DNA of 62,510 nt from Pseudomonadota bacterium. Lineage in GTDB: Bacteria > Pseudomonadota > Gammaproteobacteria > JAKAQQ01. A program made the position numbers and the translations under genes. This document shows positions 19,389 to 29,093 of the stretch, one piece after another. Where the stretch lies: NCBI GenBank assembly GCA_027320085.1, contig DAHVLZ010000014.1, positions 1-62,510 of the forward strand. The letters run 5' to 3'. The notes beneath the pieces were generated by a model. It worked only from the letters and a program-made list of their open reading frames with translations, had not been told where the DNA came from and made no database searches. Each line of letters opens with the position of its first letter. The stretch's first letter is position 1.

Positions 19389-21410
19389 CTACATATCCTC
19401 TGCGGACGACTTCTTTTTTACCCTGACGGGACCTGAACCGGGGTCGTAGCGGGAAGCCGCTTCGGCAAAGCGCCGGACCTCCTCGGGGGGCGGGTCGTTT
19501 TGGTAGTGGAGATCGGAATAACGCTGGGCGAGGGCAAGAAAGCCTTGTCTTTTGTCCGCGATGAGCTGGTCGCTCATCCGGAGTGCGAAGGCCATGGGGG
19601 GTTCCCAGGCTCTGGGTATCCCCCAGGGTCGTATTCTCCTGAGGAGCTTTCTCCAGGCCTTCTCCTCAATCCGGCGGGACCGACGCGCACGGTCTGGCCA
19701 ACGGAGACGGTTCATGAAGAAAGAAAGGCTGAGTGCGACCAGGATGAATCCCAGCCACTCGGCAGTCTGCGCCAGGCCGAATCCCACCTCGTGCAGGAGA
19801 CGTGCCTGGAGGCGGGGACCGTATCCCAAAACCCAACGATCCCAGAGCGCATCAAAAGCATCCCAGCTGGTCTGCAGGTGGAGCCAGAGCCCCTGGTCGG
19901 GAAGTTCCAGTCCGGCCAGGCGCAGATGTCCCGACAGGACCGCCCGTGCACCGGGACTGACCCGGTTGGCCGCGATGGCTTGGGTGGGATCCACCCGCAT
20001 CCAGCCCCGACCGTGGATCCAGACTTCATCCCAGGCGTGTGCGTCCGATTCCCGGATCACGTAAAAGCCGCCGATGGAGTTGTAATGGCCGCCCACAAAG
20101 CCCGTCACGACGCGGGCCGGAATGCCGGCTGCGCGCATCAGGAAAGCAAAAGCGGAGGCGTAGTGCTGGCAGAATCCGCGCCGGGTCTGGAAAAGAAAAT
20201 CATCAATTGAGTTGATCTTTGTGAGGAGGGGCGGATGCAAGGTGTAGTAGAACGGCTGGTTGTGAAAATAAGACAGGGCCCGGGCGATGATGGAGCGGGG
20301 GTGGGGGTTCTCTTTCCGCCAATGGATGGCGAGCGCTCGGCTTCGGGGATCGGCTCCGATCGGCAGGGCCAGGTCGCGCAGGCGGGTCATCTCGGGCAGG
20401 TGTTCCATACGCAGGTCGGGATAGGAAATGGCCTCGTAACGGGTCAGGCGGCGGACCGGAAAAGGACTTCTCAGTTCGAAGAGCGAGTCGAGACGGGCAC
20501 CGATGGACCAGTCCACAGGGAAGTCGAGTGCGTAGAGCGCCCGCGTTTCTGTCGGCTCCAGGGTGATCCGGTAGCGATAGGCTGCTCCGGAAAGTCGGGT
20601 GGTTCGGGGCGGGGGGAGGTGGGCGGTCCGTCCGGGCAGCCAGGTGGTTCCGGTGAAGCGGTTGAATACCGGACCACGGAAATAGCGATCGACCCGCGGG
20701 GGTCGCGGACCCAGGTACCGGATCCTGAAAACGATCTGGTGAGAGAGCACAATCCGGTTCAGGGAACCGGGATCGAGATGGCGCGGAAGCCCGAGCGGGT
20801 GGGTTGAGGTGGGTCCGAGTCCCCAGAGTGGGCCTGAAATCCGGGGAAAGACGAAAAAGAGGATGAGCGCGGTGGGCAGGGCCCGGATCAGCCAACCCAA
20901 GGCCTCGCGCCAGGCGGACCAGGGACCGCCTTTCTCACGCCCGGATTCGAGGCGGAGCCAGAGGGCCGTAAGGAGCAGTGTGATGACGGCGAGATAAAGG
21001 ACGAGGAGCGGCGCTTGACTCAGGAAGAGATCAGCACCGATTTCAAAGTATCCGATCAGCACGAGGATCCGGAGATCCCGCAGCGAAGTGCTCTCGAAGG
21101 CTTTGAGTGCGGCCATGAGCAGGAGCAGGGCCGAGCCTGGAAGAGCTCCGTTCAACCCGTGGAAGGTGATCAGAACGAAGGCCAGGCCAACCCCGATCAG
21201 GAGGAGACGGATCCAGAGCGACGGCCGCTGCCCGGGCCATGGCCGGCGGAGACGGGCGATCAGCATCAGGCCAGCGGCTCCAACCATCCAGGCGGGGAGC
21301 TCGCGGAACAGGGGAAGCCAGACGAGTGCGAGGGTGATGAAAAGTCCGGGCACGGGTGAGCCGGCGGCGGGAAGGCCATGGGCGGCTGGTCCGGGTCGCG
21401 TCCCTCTCAT
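19389..21410 (-). CDS. TgpA-like membrane transglutaminase (DUF3488 + transglutaminase domain)
   Basis: N-terminal TMs, FPR..GPLW, GFCQHYASAF..LMRAAGIPARVVTGF.GG, DAHAW.EVW, DPT; ATGA overlap with DUF58 gene. Confidence 0.92.
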   Translation of the reverse strand: MRGTRPGPAAHGLPAAGSPVPGLFITLALVWLPLFRELPAWMVGAAGLMLIARLRRPWPGQRPSLWIRLLLIGVGLAFVLITFHGLNGALPGSALLLLMAALKAFESTSLRDLRILVLIGYFEIGADLFLSQAPLLVLYLAVITLLLTALWLRLESGREKGGPWSAWREALGWLIRALPTALILFFVFPRISGPLWGLGPTSTHPLGLPRHLDPGSLNRIVLSHQIVFRIRYLGPRPPRVDRYFRGPVFNRFTGTTWLPGRTAHLPPPRTTRLSGAAYRYRITLEPTETRALYALDFPVDWSIGARLDSLFELRSPFPVRRLTRYEAISYPDLRMEHLPEMTRLRDLALPIGADPRSRALAIHWRKENPHPRSIIARALSYFHNQPFYYTLHPPLLTKINSIDDFLFQTRRGFCQHYASAFAFLMRAAGIPARVVTGFVGGHYNSIGGFYVIRESDAHAWDEVWIHGRGWMRVDPTQAIAANRVSPGARAVLSGHLRLAGLELPDQGLWLHLQTSWDAFDALWDRWVLGYGPRLQARLLHEVGFGLAQTAEWLGFILVALSLSFFMNRLRWPDRARRSRRIEEKAWRKLLRRIRPWGIPRAWEPPMAFALRMSDQLIADKRQGFLALAQRYSDLHYQNDPPPEEVRRFAEAASRYDPGSGPVRVKKKSSAEDM

Positions 21411-22381
21411 GGGGGAGGTTCCGGGTAGAGGGCGAGAGCCGTGAGACAGCGTTGGTGATGGCCGGGGTTGCACTGCGGCGGCTCATGCAGGTTGGGCAAT
21501 ACCAGGCCGTAAGGGCAGGACGCTGCCTCAAGTTCCATGATCCACCGGGTGAGGTGCGACAAGCGCTCCTCCAAGCGCCCCGGGGTCTCGTGCCAGTTGA
21601 GAATCCGGGTTTCGATCGGGGGAGACTCGAAGCGTTTCGTGAGAAGTCCGCTTCCCCGCGCATAGGCCGGCCAGTGAATGTGGCGGAGGGTGTCTCCGGG
21701 CCGGTATCGCCGCAACCCCTGGAAGTCCTCGACATCGGGATGTTCGGCGCGTCTCGACCCGGATCCGGCGGATGGAGGGGGAAGGGGCAGAGCGGGATTG
21801 GCCGGGGCGGGATAGATGATTGCCGGTGGCAGGGGGGGAAGCCGGGTCCAGGCGACGAACAGTCCGAAGGGACGGCGCGACTCGAGCCGGAGGCTCGGCG
21901 GGGTAAACCAGCCTCGCACCCGGGTTGGTACCGACAGGGTGAGAACCACCGAACCCTGGGCTGGCAACTCGATTGTGTGACCCGTTTCGTTCGGGTGAAA
22001 AGCCCGCAACACGAGACCCAGACGGGGCAGAGACGAGGGGTTTTCGAGATGGATGGCAAGGTGCAGGCTCTCGCCGGCGAAGACGGGGGTGGGCGTTTCC
22101 GGATGGATGACGAGTCCAACCAGGTTGCCATGGACACGCGACATGCTGAGCAGGGCGGTGCTGGCCAGGAGAAAGGCCAGGAAGAAGGCCATGTTGTTGT
22201 TGTAGTTCATGGCGCCGAGAAACAATGCGGCCAGCATGAGTGCGAAGGCCAGGCCGAAGGGAGTCGGCAGGATGTAGGTTTTTCGGTAATGGACCGTCTG
22301 GCGGGAGGTCCCCACGGAGCCCGTCGGAAACCGGCCTGCATCCGGTTCCTCCTGACCCCGTCGGATGCGTGGGATGGGCAT
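21407..22381 (-). CDS. DUF58 family protein
   Basis: YILPT.FG, NYNNN, PFGLF.AW, YPAP, DFQGLRRYRPGD....IHW. Confidence 0.9.
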   Translation of the reverse strand: MPIPRIRRGQEEPDAGRFPTGSVGTSRQTVHYRKTYILPTPFGLAFALMLAALFLGAMNYNNNMAFFLAFLLASTALLSMSRVHGNLVGLVIHPETPTPVFAGESLHLAIHLENPSSLPRLGLVLRAFHPNETGHTIELPAQGSVVLTLSVPTRVRGWFTPPSLRLESRRPFGLFVAWTRLPPLPPAIIYPAPANPALPLPPPSAGSGSRRAEHPDVEDFQGLRRYRPGDTLRHIHWPAYARGSGLLTKRFESPPIETRILNWHETPGRLEERLSHLTRWIMELEAASCPYGLVLPNLHEPPQCNPGHHQRCLTALALYPEPPP

Positions 22382-22390
22382 GCCCCCTCC

Positions 22391-23338
22391 TCAGGGAACG
22401 GGGACCGTCCGCAGGAAGGATTCGATGGATTCGTGCCGGTCTGTCGTGGTCCGTCCCGGTTCCAGCCGGTGGGCGGCGACCGCAGGGAAAACGGCCTGGA
22501 GGTCATCCGGCCAGATGCTGGTGTGACCGGAGAGCCAGGCGTGGGCCTTGGCTGCGGAGAGGAGGGCCAAGCCCGCGCGCGGGGAGAGACCCCAGTCGAA
22601 CTGACCGGATTCACGGCTTCGGATGACGAGTTGTCCAAGGTAGGCGATCACGGAATCGGCGACGGGCATTGCCTTGATCTCGACCTGCAAGTTCAGAACC
22701 TCGTTCGCATCGAGGATCGGTTCGAGCTGGCTCAGGTGCTGTTCCGGATCCAGCCCCTGCCAGAGCCGGGCTTCGGATTCGGGGTCGGGGTAGCCGAGCG
22801 TAAGGCACATGAGGAAGCGGTCCAGCTGCGATTCGGGTAATGGATAGGTTCCGGTCTGCTGCAACGGGTTCTCCGTCGCAATGACAAAAAACGGGTGCGG
22901 CAGGGGTCGGGTTTCGCCGTCGACGGTCACCTGGGTTTCTTCCATCGCTTCAAGCAGCGCACTTTGGGTCCGGGGCGTGGCGCGGTTGATTTCGTCGGCG
23001 AGCAGAAGCGAGGTGAACAGCGGACCGGGGTCGAAGCGGAAGGTCCGGGTCTCCGGGTCGAAGATTGATGTCCCGATGATGTCCGCTGGCAGGAGATCGC
23101 TCGTGAACTGGATGCGGTGGAAGGGAAGTCCCAGGATGCGGGCCAGGGCCCTGGCCAAGAGCGTCTTGCCGACACCCGGAATGTCTTCGATCAAGAGATG
23201 ACCGCCCGCGAGCAGGCAGGTTAAGGCGAGCCTTATTTTTTCGTCTTTCCCGACGAGGATCGACGAAAGTTCAGTCAACACGCGGCGGAGCCGGATGGGC
23301 GTGTCTCCACGGGTCCGCTGGACGAGAGAAAAGGACAT
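22391..23338 (-). CDS. MoxR-family AAA+ ATPase
   Basis: HLLIEDIPGVGKT, RIQFTSDLLPADI, LADEINRATPRTQSALLEAM, YPLPESQLDRF. Confidence 0.95.
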   Translation of the reverse strand: MSFSLVQRTRGDTPIRLRRVLTELSSILVGKDEKIRLALTCLLAGGHLLIEDIPGVGKTLLARALARILGLPFHRIQFTSDLLPADIIGTSIFDPETRTFRFDPGPLFTSLLLADEINRATPRTQSALLEAMEETQVTVDGETRPLPHPFFVIATENPLQQTGTYPLPESQLDRFLMCLTLGYPDPESEARLWQGLDPEQHLSQLEPILDANEVLNLQVEIKAMPVADSVIAYLGQLVIRSRESGQFDWGLSPRAGLALLSAAKAHAWLSGHTSIWPDDLQAVFPAVAAHRLEPGRTTTDRHESIESFLRTVPVP

Positions 23339-23394
23339 TACCCCAGTCTAACGGCCCCGGCAGGGTGATGCAAACCAGTCGAGGTCTACTCGGC

Positions 23395-24825
23395 TCAGGC
23401 CAGTTTTCGAAGAGCCCGGATCCCTTTGCGAACCCACCGGGAGTAGGGTGGTGATAAGAGACGGGTGAGAAACAACCGGTCCCTCAGGATGGCCCGTTCA
23501 TGGCTCAAGGTCCGGAATCCGAAGAAACCATGACTATTGCCGATTCCGGATCCGCCGATTCCTCCGAACGGCAGGTTGCCGTGGAGAAACTGGAGCAGGG
23601 TGGTGTTGATGCCGACACCGCCCGAGGAAGTTTCATGCACGATGCGGTCGATCGCAGCTTGCCTCCGGGAAAAGATGTAAAGGGCCAGTGGCTTGGGCTG
23701 GTCGTTGATGGCGGCAATCGGCCCGTCGAGGTTTTTGAACTCGAGGATCGGAAGTATTGGACCGAAGATCTCGTTTTCGAGGATGGCACTGCCCGGTCGG
23801 ATTCCGGTCAGGAGGGTGGGAGGGATCAAGCGCTCGCCAGCCACGATCGGACCTCCGATCTGTTGTGCCCCTCGGCGGATCGCATCCTCGAGGAGCCCGA
23901 CAAGACGTTCGAAATGCCGATCGTTGATGATCCGGCCGTAATCGGGACTCGTCCTGCAGTCCGTACCGTAGAGGGCGGTGATCTCATGTTCCAGTGCGGA
24001 AACAAAGCGCTCGCGGATACTTTCTTCGACGAAGAGGTGATCGGGCGCGATGCAGGTTTGGCCACAATTGGTCCATTTCCCCCAGGCGATCGTTCGGGCT
24101 GCGGATTCCAGGTCGGCGGTGGCGTCCACGATGGCCGGCGAGCGGCCGCCGAGTTCCAGGGTGATGGAGGTCAGGTGACGGGCGGCGGCTGCCATCACGA
24201 TCCGTCCGGTTGACGGGCTGCCTGTGAAGAAAATGTGGTCGAAGGGCAGGTCGAGCAGAGCCGACGCCAGAGTGGCATCTCCCGGAAAAACAGCGACTTC
24301 CGCTGGCGAAAAGGTTTCGCGTACCAGTTCCGCAATGACCGCAGCTGTGGCCGGCGCAAACTCCGAGGGCTTGAGCATCACGGTATTGCCAGCCGCCAGG
24401 GCGCAGGTCAGTGGGCCCAGCGTGAGGGCAACCGGGTAGTTCCAGGGTGCCATGATGAGGCAGGTTCCTCTCGGCTCATGGCGGATCCACGCGGACATGC
24501 CGGGGAGGAGTCGGACGGGATCGACCTTCCGAGGCTTCATCCAACCGGACAAGTGACGCCGGGCATGGCGGATTTCGGCGATGACCGGCAGGATTTCTGA
24601 CAGGTCGGTTTCCGTCTCGGGTTTGTGCAGGTCGACCTCCAATGCATTGCACAACTGCCGATGGTGCCTCTCAATGGCCTGCTCGAGCAGGGTCAGCCGT
24701 GACCGGCGGAAGGCCGCTGTGGAGTGACGCCACTCGAGCGCCCGTTGCTTTTGTTCCACCAGCACAGCTTCGGGCTGGAGCGAGTTGGAGTTCCCCCCGG
24801 GCTCGCGAGAGACGATTTCATTCAT
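23395..24825 (-). CDS. Aldehyde dehydrogenase (ALDH3/coniferyl-fatty aldehyde type)
   Basis: PWNYP, KPSE, FTGS, LELGG, GQTCIAPD, EIFGPILP, PFGGIG.SG.G. Confidence 0.94.
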   Translation of the reverse strand: MNEIVSREPGGNSNSLQPEAVLVEQKQRALEWRHSTAAFRRSRLTLLEQAIERHHRQLCNALEVDLHKPETETDLSEILPVIAEIRHARRHLSGWMKPRKVDPVRLLPGMSAWIRHEPRGTCLIMAPWNYPVALTLGPLTCALAAGNTVMLKPSEFAPATAAVIAELVRETFSPAEVAVFPGDATLASALLDLPFDHIFFTGSPSTGRIVMAAAARHLTSITLELGGRSPAIVDATADLESAARTIAWGKWTNCGQTCIAPDHLFVEESIRERFVSALEHEITALYGTDCRTSPDYGRIINDRHFERLVGLLEDAIRRGAQQIGGPIVAGERLIPPTLLTGIRPGSAILENEIFGPILPILEFKNLDGPIAAINDQPKPLALYIFSRRQAAIDRIVHETSSGGVGINTTLLQFLHGNLPFGGIGGSGIGNSHGFFGFRTLSHERAILRDRLFLTRLLSPPYSRWVRKGIRALRKLA

Positions 24826-25103
24826 GTTGATGACTCTTTCCCGCCAAAACCCGCCGCGACCCTGTTGAAGCCCGCACAAAAGCATCCGGGCGGGACGGCC
24901 GCCGTGGGCAAGCTCTCCGCTCTGCCGGCAGCTCGGATGGGTACGGGAACAGGGGTTTCAAACCTGATCCAAGGTGTTTTCACGCCTCCTCCGCGGGTCG
25001 CTCTACCGGGAGATGCCGGACCCCGTAACCGGATCTGCTTCTCCCATTGGCCCTTATGCCGATTCCCGATATAATGACAGAACCTGGTTCAGGGGGCAGG
25101 TTC

Positions 25104-25649
25104 ATGCTCACCGCGACACCCAGATCCACAAAAAGTGTGTCTTTCCTCCTGTTCATGGGCATGAGCTTGCTTTTGGGCGGGTGCACTTCGTCGCCACAAA
25201 TGGTGCGACGTACGCGCGAACTCGCGATCCTCAAAACGGACCGGGCCTTTGCCCTGGCTGCGGTCCGCCACGGACTGCCGTGGGCCTATCATCGGTATTT
25301 GCTGCGGGATGCCCTGCTGATCGCCGCTCGGGCCGAGCCCATCCGGGGCCGGCGCCAGATTCTCTTGCAGCTCCCCCAGGGAGTACCCTCGCTTCTCACC
25401 TGGTCTCCACACCGTGCCCTGTCTTCGGCAGGGGGGCAGCTCGGGGTCAGTTGGGGGCACTACGAGGTGACGGGGCGTACGGCGAGTGGTCATCCCACGG
25501 TTATCTACGGCAGTTATGTCACCCTGTGGAAACGTCAGGCTGGACACTGGCGGGTGGCGCTCGAAATGCAGAACACTGCGCCGGGCCCCGGCTCGTCCGC
25601 CTACCCCGGCAAGATCGACCCCTCCCGATTCATCCGTCAGGAATCCTGA
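25104..25649 (+). CDS. NTF2-like (DUF4440/SnoaL) putative lipoprotein
   Basis: Lipobox-like LLGGC; DRAFA, LTWSP, G.YVTLWKRQ.G.WRV; -10 TATAAT at 25070-25075; start uncertain. Confidence 0.7.
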   Translation: MLTATPRSTKSVSFLLFMGMSLLLGGCTSSPQMVRRTRELAILKTDRAFALAAVRHGLPWAYHRYLLRDALLIAARAEPIRGRRQILLQLPQGVPSLLTWSPHRALSSAGGQLGVSWGHYEVTGRTASGHPTVIYGSYVTLWKRQAGHWRVALEMQNTAPGPGSSAYPGKIDPSRFIRQES

Positions 25650-26317
25650 GTTTCCGATACCACCGCATCGGCTTTCCGGAACGTGGCCCGGCGCCGGCGT
25701 GCGCGAAGCGCATGCACGGCCACGGGAATGACCGAAAGACCTGCAATGGCCAGGATGCCCCAGGGAAGGTTTGCACGCACCACGGGGACGTTCCCGAAAT
25801 AGTAACCCGCGCCAAACAGCAAGCCAACCCAGAGACCGCCACCCAGCAGCGTGTAGAGTGCAAAACGCGGACGGTTCATCCGTCCGATGCCAGCCACGAA
25901 GGGCACAAAAGTGCGGATGATCGGGATGAGACGACCGATCACGATCGTGGAGGCGCCGTAACGCTGGAAGAACTCGTGGGCTTCATGGAGATGGCTCGGG
26001 TTAAACCAGCGTGACCGTTCATAGTGGAAGACCTTGGGTCCGGCCCAGACGCCCAGGGCATAGTTCGAGAGGTTGCCGAGAATGGCGCCCGAGAGTAGGG
26101 CGAGCAGGGTGGGGGATGCCGACAGGGTTCCTTGGGCAACGAGCGTACCGGCAACCAAGAGCAGGGAGTCTCCGGGCAGAAACGGCAGGATGACGAGTCC
26201 GGTCTCGGCAAAAAGAACGAGGAACAGGATCGGGTAGATCCAGGCACGGTAGGTGTGGACCCATTCTCCAAAACGGTGTCCGAGATCAAAAAACGTGAGC
26301 AGGACGTGGGGCAACAT
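25637..26317 (-). CDS. dedA: DedA/VTT family membrane protein
   Basis: FAETGLVILPFLPGDSLL, AILGN..NY, GRLIPIIRTFVPFVAG. Confidence 0.9.
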   Translation of the reverse strand: MLPHVLLTFFDLGHRFGEWVHTYRAWIYPILFLVLFAETGLVILPFLPGDSLLLVAGTLVAQGTLSASPTLLALLSGAILGNLSNYALGVWAGPKVFHYERSRWFNPSHLHEAHEFFQRYGASTIVIGRLIPIIRTFVPFVAGIGRMNRPRFALYTLLGGGLWVGLLFGAGYYFGNVPVVRANLPWGILAIAGLSVIPVAVHALRARRRRATFRKADAVVSETQDS

Positions 26318-26327
26318 TTCCCCGCGC

Positions 26328-26813
26328 TCAGTCCGGCCGGGCGGGTGTGGGCCATCCGCTGTCTGGGATACGAACCACAGTGACTCGGGCCTCGACCGTC
26401 TTCGCCTGGTCGGCTCCCGCCCGGACGGTGCAGGCCACGACCACCCGTCGACCATGGTGTTCCAGGATCCTCCCGGTGACCTGAAAGGGCGCCAACGGGG
26501 TCGGTTTGAGGAAGTCCACCGTAAGCGAGGCCGTGACGAAACGGGGGTAGGGACGCGGGTTGCGGTCCCGGTCCAGCCGGTCGGCATAGGCGGCTGCGGT
26601 CCCGGTTGCATGGCAGTCGATGACCGAGGCCAGAAGGCCTCCGTAGACGTAGCCCGGCAGCGCGGTATGCCAGGGTTCAGGCCGAAACTCGCACACGGAC
26701 TCGTCGGCCTCTCTCCAGACACTTTTCACGTGATGGCCCCTTTCATTGAGACGGCCACAGCCATAACAGTGGCTCCACTCGTCGGGATAGTGGTCCTGGA
26801 AGGGGCGGGTCAT
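26328..26813 (-). CDS. PaaI/hotdog-fold thioesterase
   Basis: HCYGCG, YGGLLASVIDCH, VTASLTVDFLKPTP. Confidence 0.85.
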   Translation of the reverse strand: MTRPFQDHYPDEWSHCYGCGRLNERGHHVKSVWREADESVCEFRPEPWHTALPGYVYGGLLASVIDCHATGTAAAYADRLDRDRNPRPYPRFVTASLTVDFLKPTPLAPFQVTGRILEHHGRRVVVACTVRAGADQAKTVEARVTVVRIPDSGWPTPARPD

Positions 26814-26964
26814 GGGAAGGCTCCGGACGGATTCCCCACAGTGTAAGGGATCCCCTCACCGGTAGGGCCGGACGGAAAGCGGCGTCGCCCCGGATTGAGG
26901 CTGGCAGTCCCGGGAAAGATCGCCTACACTTTGCGACGACCGGCCGGCTCCAGCCGGCCCTGAG

Positions 26965-28098
26965 GTGGAGTCTCTCGTGACCCTGAATACGACCGAGGAA
27001 CTGATCGAAGCGCTGCGCCGTGGCGAGATGGTGATCGTCATGGACGACGAGGATCGGGAGAACGAGGGCGATCTCATGATGGTGGCCAGTCAGGTCACGG
27101 CTGACGCGATCAATTTCATGGTGCGGTACGGGCGTGGGCTCGTCTGTTTGCCGATGACGCGAGAACGCTGCGAACGGCTGCGTCTACCCCTCATGGTCCA
27201 GGATAACCAGACCCGTTACGGGACCCGGTTTACGGTTTCGATCGAGGCTGCCCGGGGAGTGACGACCGGTATTTCCGCTCACGACCGGGCCCATACGATC
27301 CGGATCGCAGTGGCTGAAAGCGCGGGGCCCCAAGACATCGTCCAACCCGGTCACATCTTTCCGATCGTGGCGCAACCGGGTGGTGTCCTGGCCCGTGCGG
27401 GACATACCGAGGCCAGTACGGATCTCGCCCGATTGGCAGGATATGAACCTGCAGCGGCCATTGTCGAGATTCTGAATGAGGATGGGAGTGTGGCCCGGCG
27501 CCCCGACCTTGAACGTTTTGCACAACGCCATGGACTCAGGATCGGCACGATCGCGGACTTGATTCGTTACCGCATGGCTCGTGAAATGACAGTCTCGCGT
27601 GTGCTTGAGAAGGAGGTCGTGACGGAGTTTGGATCCTTCCGCCTTGTGGCTTACGAGGATCATCTGGAACAGACGGTCCATTTTGCGCTCTGCCACGGCG
27701 ACATCCGGGCTGATGCGCCTATCTTGGTGCGCGTCCATGTCGAGAATTCCCTGACCGATCTGCTTCATCTCACGGGTGCGGGTTTTGGCTGGCCGCTCAC
27801 TGCTGCACTGCAGCGGATTGCCCGTGAAGATGGCATTCTCATCATTCTGAGACCGGCCCAGGATGCCAGGGACTTGATCCGTCGCCTGGATGACGGACAA
27901 TCAGGAGAGGAAGCGGATCCCTCGAGCCGGGCCGTCCTGCGCACATACGGCGTGGGGGCCCAGATCCTGCGGGATCTTGGGGTCTGTCGGATGCGGGTGC
28001 TGTCGGCACCCAAGATCATGCTCGGACTGTCCGGATTTGGTCTGGAGGTCACCGAATACCTTTCCGGAAACTCCGGAGAAGTCCCCATCAAGGCATGA
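26965..28098 (+). CDS. ribB: DHBP synthase fused to a degenerate GTP cyclohydrolase II domain (RibBX type)
   Basis: DDEDRENEGDL, GVTTGISA.DRA, PGHIFP, RAGHTEA; C-terminal domain lacks the Zn-binding cysteines. Confidence 0.93.
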   Translation: MESLVTLNTTEELIEALRRGEMVIVMDDEDRENEGDLMMVASQVTADAINFMVRYGRGLVCLPMTRERCERLRLPLMVQDNQTRYGTRFTVSIEAARGVTTGISAHDRAHTIRIAVAESAGPQDIVQPGHIFPIVAQPGGVLARAGHTEASTDLARLAGYEPAAAIVEILNEDGSVARRPDLERFAQRHGLRIGTIADLIRYRMAREMTVSRVLEKEVVTEFGSFRLVAYEDHLEQTVHFALCHGDIRADAPILVRVHVENSLTDLLHLTGAGFGWPLTAALQRIAREDGILIILRPAQDARDLIRRLDDGQSGEEADPSSRAVLRTYGVGAQILRDLGVCRMRVLSAPKIMLGLSGFGLEVTEYLSGNSGEVPIKA

Positions 28099-28143
28099 GG
28101 GAGCCACGGGCGCTATACTGACCACGGTTTTTCCGGTTCCCCG

Positions 28144-28653
28144 GTGATGTCTCGCCACCGCGCGTCTCCTCCACACGTGACCCGTCCGCCCGCCGGGTTC
28201 CCGTCGGTCCGGATCGGCATCGTGGCCAGCCGGTTCAATGACGAGATTGTGGAATCGCTTTTGCGGGGTTGTCTCGAAACCTTGGAGATGGCCGCTGTCC
28301 CGGAAGAAGGGCGCATCCTGCTCCGGGTACCGGGTGCTTGGGAACTGCCGTGGGCTGTCCAGGCTCTGGCCCGGCGCCATCGTCCCGATGCCGTGATTGC
28401 GCTGGGTGCAATCATCCGAGGGGAAACCGATCATTACCGTCACCTGGCCCGTGCCGTGACCGACGGACTCATGACCGTGGGATTGAACGAGCAGATCCCC
28501 GTCATTCTGGGAGTGCTGACAACGGATACCTGGGAACAGGCCCTTGAACGGTGCGGCGGGAGGGGCGGGCACAAGGGGGTTGAGTCGGCAGATGCCGCGC
28601 TCGAGATGGTGGGACTCCGTCAGCAAATCCAGACGGACCCGTCCAGGACATGA
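28144..28653 (+). CDS. ribH: 6,7-dimethyl-8-ribityllumazine synthase
   Basis: IVASRFN, VPGAWELP, ALGAIIRGETDH, GVLTTD...QA; internal -10 TATACT at 28114-28119. Confidence 0.95.
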   Translation: MMSRHRASPPHVTRPPAGFPSVRIGIVASRFNDEIVESLLRGCLETLEMAAVPEEGRILLRVPGAWELPWAVQALARRHRPDAVIALGAIIRGETDHYRHLARAVTDGLMTVGLNEQIPVILGVLTTDTWEQALERCGGRGGHKGVESADAALEMVGLRQQIQTDPSRT

Positions 28654-29093
28654 ATACGGGATCCGGACACAGCCGGCGCTTCGGGGCCCGTGCCCACGCG
28701 CTCCAGGCGCTTTACTGGAGACAGTTCGTGGATGCGGATCTGAGCGAGGACGAGAGAGGCTGGATCGTGGGGGAAACACGGGCTTTCGACCGCCCCTACT
28801 TTGAGCGGCTGATTCTGGGGATTGAGTCGCATGCGGCGGAACTCGATGGCCTATATGAACCGTTCCTCGACCGGCCGGCGGTCCAGATCGACCCAGTCGA
28901 GAAGGCCATACTCCGGTTGGGGTGCTATGAACTCGGTTTTGCGCGGGACGTCGATGTGCCCGTCATCCTGAACGAGTCGGTGGAACTGGCCAAGCAATAT
29001 GGTGCAGGCGAGAGTTACCGGTTCATCAATGGGGTTTTGGACCAGGTCGCCCGCAAGTTGCGGGGATCGCCGGAAGACCACGGGGATGGATGA
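28650..29093 (+). CDS. nusB: Transcription antitermination factor NusB
   Basis: AR..ALQALY, D.VEKAILR...YEL, VILNE.VELAK.YG, FINGVLD. Confidence 0.95.
   Translation: MNTGSGHSRRFGARAHALQALYWRQFVDADLSEDERGWIVGETRAFDRPYFERLILGIESHAAELDGLYEPFLDRPAVQIDPVEKAILRLGCYELGFARDVDVPVILNESVELAKQYGAGESYRFINGVLDQVARKLRGSPEDHGDG

Noticed and set aside
24940-25000. ACCTGATC as a possible TPP riboswitch core
   Set aside because: No CTGAGA or downstream TAATGCC/AGCG motifs, and no thiamine gene adjacent.
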